Positions 16,067-19,719 of a stretch of 19,719 nt of DNA are shown in pieces (positions within the stretch are counted from its first letter, which is position 1; each line of letters begins with the position of its first letter). The notes below the pieces were generated by a model. The model did no database searches and had not been told where the DNA came from. It saw nothing but the letters and a program-made list of their open reading frames with translations. Source of the DNA: Bdellovibrionota bacterium (GTDB lineage Bacteria > Bdellovibrionota_C > UBA2361 > JBIKWN01); assembly GCA_044356295.1 (NCBI GenBank), contig JBIKWN010000048.1, positions 1 through 19,719 of the forward strand, in the 5' to 3' direction. A program made the position numbers and the translations under genes.

Positions 16067-17227
16067 TTATTCTTTAATTAAATTTCCAGCTATGACCATT
16101 TTCTGTATCTCACTGGTTCCTTCATAAATCTCACAGATCTTAGCATCCCTTAAGTGACGCTCAGCTGGATAATCGGTTACGTATCCATACCCACCATGGA
16201 TCTGAATACCTTTATCAGCACAAAACATAGCAGATTCAGAAGCATAAAGCTTTGCCATCGCGGCTTGTCTTGCATACGGTTTGTGTTGATCTTTAAGGCA
16301 AGCAGCTGAGAGTGTCAAATATCTTGAGGCATCAATCCTACAGATCATCTCAGCAAGGTAATTTTGAATAGATTGATGCTCGACTACTGCTTTTCCAAAT
16401 GCTTTACGGTCTTTGCCATAAGCCATGGCGTCTCGAAGGGCGGCTCTGGCTATACCGACTGCTTGTGCTGCAACACCGGTACGTCCACCATTTAATGTCG
16501 TCATTGCAACCGTAAAACCTTTGCCTTCTTCAAAAAGTAAATTTTCTTTTGTAAGAACAACATTGTCGTATTGGAGTCCGCATGTTGCAGAACCACGAAT
16601 ACCTAACTTGTCTTCTTTTCTGCCTCTGGTTAACCCTTTGATATTCATTGGGTGAACAAAAGCTGAAACACCTTTGTGTCCTTTATTCTTATCACCTGTT
16701 GCAAATAAAACAGTAACATCCGCGACTGGACCATTGGTAATCCAATTTTTTGCACCATTAATTATAAATTCATCACCTTTTTTTTCATACACACAGGTAA
16801 GAGATCCCGCATCACTACCAGTACCAGGTTCAGACAATGAAAAACTTCCAAGCCATTCACCTGTTGCAAGTTTTGGAAGATATTTTAATTTCTGCTCATG
16901 CGTTGCGTAATCAATAATTGGTGATAGACAAAGTGAATTGTGAGCACTCACAATAATTGATGTTGAGGCACAGGCTGCTGCAAGCTCTTCAATGATACAG
17001 CAGTATGCAAATTGAGAAAGTTCAGCTCCTCCGAATTCCGAAGGAACATACGCTCCCATAAATCCAAGCGCGCCCATTTTAGGGATTAACTCTTTTGGAA
17101 AGTAATGTTCTTTATCAATTTTTTCAGCAAGAGGAAGCACTTCATTCCTTGCAAACTCACGAGCAGTGTCGATTACCATCTGCTCTTCTTCAGAGATAGC
17201 GAATTGAAATCCTGATTCCCAGCTCAT
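16067..17227 (-). CDS. Short-chain (butyryl/isobutyryl-type) acyl-CoA dehydrogenase
   Basis: FSLSEPGTGSD, INGAKNWITNG, KLGIRGS, QIHGGYGY and EIYEGTSEIQ. ATG 17227 overlaps the upstream TGA (ATGA). Confidence 0.93.
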   Translation of the reverse strand: MSWESGFQFAISEEEQMVIDTAREFARNEVLPLAEKIDKEHYFPKELIPKMGALGFMGAYVPSEFGGAELSQFAYCCIIEELAAACASTSIIVSAHNSLCLSPIIDYATHEQKLKYLPKLATGEWLGSFSLSEPGTGSDAGSLTCVYEKKGDEFIINGAKNWITNGPVADVTVLFATGDKNKGHKGVSAFVHPMNIKGLTRGRKEDKLGIRGSATCGLQYDNVVLTKENLLFEEGKGFTVAMTTLNGGRTGVAAQAVGIARAALRDAMAYGKDRKAFGKAVVEHQSIQNYLAEMICRIDASRYLTLSAACLKDQHKPYARQAAMAKLYASESAMFCADKGIQIHGGYGYVTDYPAERHLRDAKICEIYEGTSEIQKMVIAGNLIKE

Positions 17228-18021
17228 GCATTCTCCCAATTTGGTTTTCGTTTCTGCATGAATGCTTTCATCCCTTCTTCTCTATCTTTGGTTCCGAATA
17301 ATTTCAGAAACTCTTCAACTTCAAAACGTAGTCCTGAGGTCAGTGTTTGATCACAAGATGCCTGTATTACTTTTTTAACGCCAGTAATAGCTTGCGGAGC
17401 TTTTTCAATAATTTTTTGTGCTAATGCTTCACAGGTTGTCATAAGATCGGAAATTGGAACTATTTTATCTACCACGTGAAGTCTTAGTGCTTCTTCGGCA
17501 TTTATAATATCTCCGGATAAGCAAAGTAGTTTTGCAGTACCTACTCCGCTTCGATGAATCAGCCTCTGTGTTCCACCAAAGCCTGGGATAATTCCAAGAT
17601 TTACTTCAGGCTGACCAACCTTTGCAGTATCTGCTGCAATAATGACATCACATGCCAATGCAAGTTCTAAACCACCACCAAGTGCAAATCCGTTAACGGC
17701 AGCAATCACTGGAAGGTAAAATTGCTCGAAACGTCGCATCACTCGCTGACCTAATTCTATATAATCTGCAATCGCATTTGCACCAAGATCATGCATCGCT
17801 GCAATATCTGCTCCTGCAACAAATGCTTTTTCTCCTGAACCGGTAACAATAACAACTCTTGGCTCTGGTTTTGTTTCAATCTCTTGCAACGCTTGTTCGA
17901 GAGAAATCAATACATCACGATTCAGTGCATTCAATGACTGTGGTCGGTTCACGGTCAAAAGTACAAGTGAACCATTTTGTTTATATTCAATGAGAACTGA
18001 TTTTTCTTTTTGTAAACTCAT
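17224..18021 (-). CDS. Enoyl-CoA hydratase / crotonase
   Basis: NRPQSLNALN, AFVAGADI, AAVNGFALGGGLELALACD and GQPEVNLGIIPGFGGTQRL, with both catalytic Glu present. The ATG at 18021 follows the HIT gene stop. Confidence 0.93.
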   Translation of the reverse strand: MSLQKEKSVLIEYKQNGSLVLLTVNRPQSLNALNRDVLISLEQALQEIETKPEPRVVIVTGSGEKAFVAGADIAAMHDLGANAIADYIELGQRVMRRFEQFYLPVIAAVNGFALGGGLELALACDVIIAADTAKVGQPEVNLGIIPGFGGTQRLIHRSGVGTAKLLCLSGDIINAEEALRLHVVDKIVPISDLMTTCEALAQKIIEKAPQAITGVKKVIQASCDQTLTSGLRFEVEEFLKLFGTKDREEGMKAFMQKRKPNWENA

Positions 18022-18023
18022 AA

Positions 18024-18365
18024 TTATCCCGGAGGCCAAGAAAACGGACGACCTGATAGTATATGTAAATGAAGATGAAAAACACTTTGTCCAGCAGCCG
18101 CACCGTTGTTAATGACGACGCGGTATCCTGATGCAATAAAATTCTCTTGCACTGCGATATCTTTTACCGCCAGCAAAAGCTCACCAAGAATGATTACATC
18201 ATCAGATGTAGCTTCGGACAATGAAATCAGTGGTTCTTTCGGAATAACCAAAATATGTACTGTGGCTTGTGGGGTGATATCTCGAAAAGCAAGAACATTT
18301 TCGTTCTCATAGACAATTTCTGCCGGGATCTGGCGGTTTATAATTTTGGTGAAAATAGTCTCCAT
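18024..18365 (-). CDS. hinT: Histidine triad nucleotide-binding protein (HinT/PKCI family)
   Basis: IFTKII, AFRDITPQATVHILVIPK, GQSVFHLHLHIL (HxHxH) and a C-terminal WPPG. Confidence 0.93.
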   Translation of the reverse strand: METIFTKIINRQIPAEIVYENENVLAFRDITPQATVHILVIPKEPLISLSEATSDDVIILGELLLAVKDIAVQENFIASGYRVVINNGAAAGQSVFHLHLHILSGRPFSWPPG

Positions 18366-18547
18366 ATTCTAGGACAGATACTATCCTAGCCCCTCAAAAC
18401 CTCCAAGAGGCTTAAACCTAGTGGTTCTGAGCCCAAACTATGAGTTTTTCATATTTTTTTTCATAAATTTCAATTTTTTCTGAACAACTTTCTGCGGAAC
18501 TGCCGATATAATAACTAGTGCTGTAGGGATTTATAGGAATTTTTCGT

Positions 18548-19435
18548 ATGAGCGGATTTAAAAGACAACAATCTAAGCTTCCATTAATTTTAGCTGTTTC
18601 AGTTGGCGTATTCGGTGTTCTAACAATTGCCATTGCGCTTGCATCTATGAAAAAAACGAGCACACCTGCACAAGCAGACGGCGACAAAAGAGACAGAGTT
18701 GTTGTCGTAGAGAAAGAAGCTCCGATTGAAATGGTTGAAGTACTTGTTCCAATCCAAGAAATTGAACAAGGTAAAAAACTTGAGCCTGCAATGTTTAAGA
18801 TGGAAAAGCGTCCTAAAGTTGCAACAAATCAATCATCCATTAAAAGTTTTGAAGAGTTAAAGAACCAATTTGCTCGCTCAATTATTCCTGCAAACAATCC
18901 TTTAAGTAGAGAAGTGATGACTCCGATTCGTCCTGCGAACCCAGTTATTGCAAGTATCCCTGCAGGCTTTAGAGCAGTTTCTATTCGTGTAGATTCAATT
19001 TCATCTGTTGAAGGTTGGGCAACTGCAGGAGCATTAGTTGATATTCAGTGGATAAGTGATACAAACGGTAAACGTGCTGCAAATATAATCGTTCAAAATG
19101 CAAAAGTACTCTCTGCTGAAAGACAGATTGAAAACCAAGCACAACAACAAGCACAGGGACCAGTACCAACAACGGTAACTCTTTTGGTGAATGAGCGTGA
19201 TGCGCAAAAGATCTCTCTTGCATCGACTACTGGATCAATGATGCTTCACCTCCGTGGTGCAACTGATTTTGGTAAATCATCTGACGTTGATGGACCGATT
19301 ACACTGCAAGATCTTAATGGCTCAAGTGCCAATAGTCGTGATGGACTTGAAGGCGTTTTAAAAATGAAAAATGCTGATGGCACCTATAAAGAGATCGGCA
19401 TTAGAAGCGGTCGTATTGAAGAGCTTAAGCGCTAA
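18548..19435 (+). CDS. cpaB: Flp/Tad pilus assembly protein CpaB (RcpC)
   Basis: N-terminal TM segment and SAF-like domain; IPAGFRAVSIRVD, GWATAGALVDI, IVQNAKVLSA and TVTLLV...LHLR match the RcpC domain. Confidence 0.88.
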   Translation: MSGFKRQQSKLPLILAVSVGVFGVLTIAIALASMKKTSTPAQADGDKRDRVVVVEKEAPIEMVEVLVPIQEIEQGKKLEPAMFKMEKRPKVATNQSSIKSFEELKNQFARSIIPANNPLSREVMTPIRPANPVIASIPAGFRAVSIRVDSISSVEGWATAGALVDIQWISDTNGKRAANIIVQNAKVLSAERQIENQAQQQAQGPVPTTVTLLVNERDAQKISLASTTGSMMLHLRGATDFGKSSDVDGPITLQDLNGSSANSRDGLEGVLKMKNADGTYKEIGIRSGRIEELKR

Positions 19436-19450
19436 AATTTAAGCGATGCT

Positions 19451-19473
19451 TTCTAATACGAATCGTATTAGAA
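19451..19473. promoter_or_regulatory. Perfect 11-bp palindrome with 1-nt spacer; candidate operator
   Basis: ttctaatacga-a-tcgtattagaa directly precedes ATG 19475 and overlaps a TAGAAT (19469-19474). Confidence 0.5.
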
Positions 19474-19474
19474 T

Positions 19475-19669
19475 ATGATAGAGATGAACGAAGTTGTTAA
19501 TCAAAAAATTGAAGATTATAAGCTTGCTCAGAAATTAGTCGATGAAGGGGCTGGGGAAGATCTTCATTTTTTTCTTTTAATGATTGAATACCTTCGACTC
19601 TCACCAGAAGAACGATTAGCAAAAGGATTGGCACGTGGAAGACGTAAGTATTTCCTTATCAGAAAGTGA
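19475..19669 (+). CDS. Small hypothetical protein (LxLSPEERL type), possible antitoxin-like partner
   Basis: 64-aa ORF containing YLRLSPEERL and overlapping the next ORF; alternative ATG at 19484. Confidence 0.55.
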   Translation: MIEMNEVVNQKIEDYKLAQKLVDEGAGEDLHFFLLMIEYLRLSPEERLAKGLARGRRKYFLIRK

Positions 19670-19719
19670 ATATCAATTCTTAAAAAGTCTTTGCGATGCT
19701 GAGATCAAATTCTTAGTTG
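19635..19719 (+). CDS. Partial ORF running off the window; possible nucleotidyltransferase family protein
   Basis: AAAGGA (19622-19627) precedes GTG 19635, giving MEDVSISLSESEYQFLKSLCDAEIKFLV. This resembles the FLxxLxxxxvxylvvGG N-terminus of small NTases, but only 28 codons are visible. Confidence 0.4.
   Translation, partial: MEDVSISLSESEYQFLKSLCDAEIKFLV

Noticed and set aside
18484..18512. sigma70 promoter for cpaB (TATAAT at 18507-18512)
   Set aside because: The -10 is perfect but there is no matching -35 or TGn extension; too weak to call.
18418..18687. 89-aa minus-strand ORF
   Set aside because: It is antisense to the cpaB 5' end and crosses the divergent intergenic region; no family signal.
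18548..19435. Link between cpaB and the Wzy_C protein as a pilin glycosylation system
   Set aside because: They are over 12 kb apart, separated by core genes, and no pilin gene is in the window; the 57-aa peptide lacks a prepilin cleavage motif with Glu at +5.

Overview
AT-rich bacterial window in two parts. The right part (about 9243-19719) is mostly core genes: DUF151 nuclease, miaB, two lipoproteins, an orphan DUF2442 gene behind a deleted DUF4160 remnant, a hinT/crotonase/acyl-CoA dehydrogenase/B12 mutase operon with isobutyryl-CoA-mutase signature residues, cpaB, and a probable small-protein/nucleotidyltransferase pair at the right edge. The left part (75-9230) is an accessory block and holds the main finding, a candidate RRE-dependent glyco-peptide (RiPP-like) system that I cannot match to a named class. 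On the minus strand it reads: PqqD/RRE-GT2-PqqD/RRE glycosyltransferase; S24/S26 peptidase-nucleotidyltransferase fusion; a 57-aa peptide with a YxxPxV leader motif and an apparent promoter of its own; and a 1069-aa O-antigen-ligase-like/helical/beta-rich/S9 hydrolase fusion. A WsfD-like GT-C membrane protein and an HTTM (SdpB-like) membrane protein lie beside it. No lasso cyclase, radical SAM, lanthipeptide synthetase or ABC exporter is in the cluster. All family calls come from reading motifs by eye; no searches were run.
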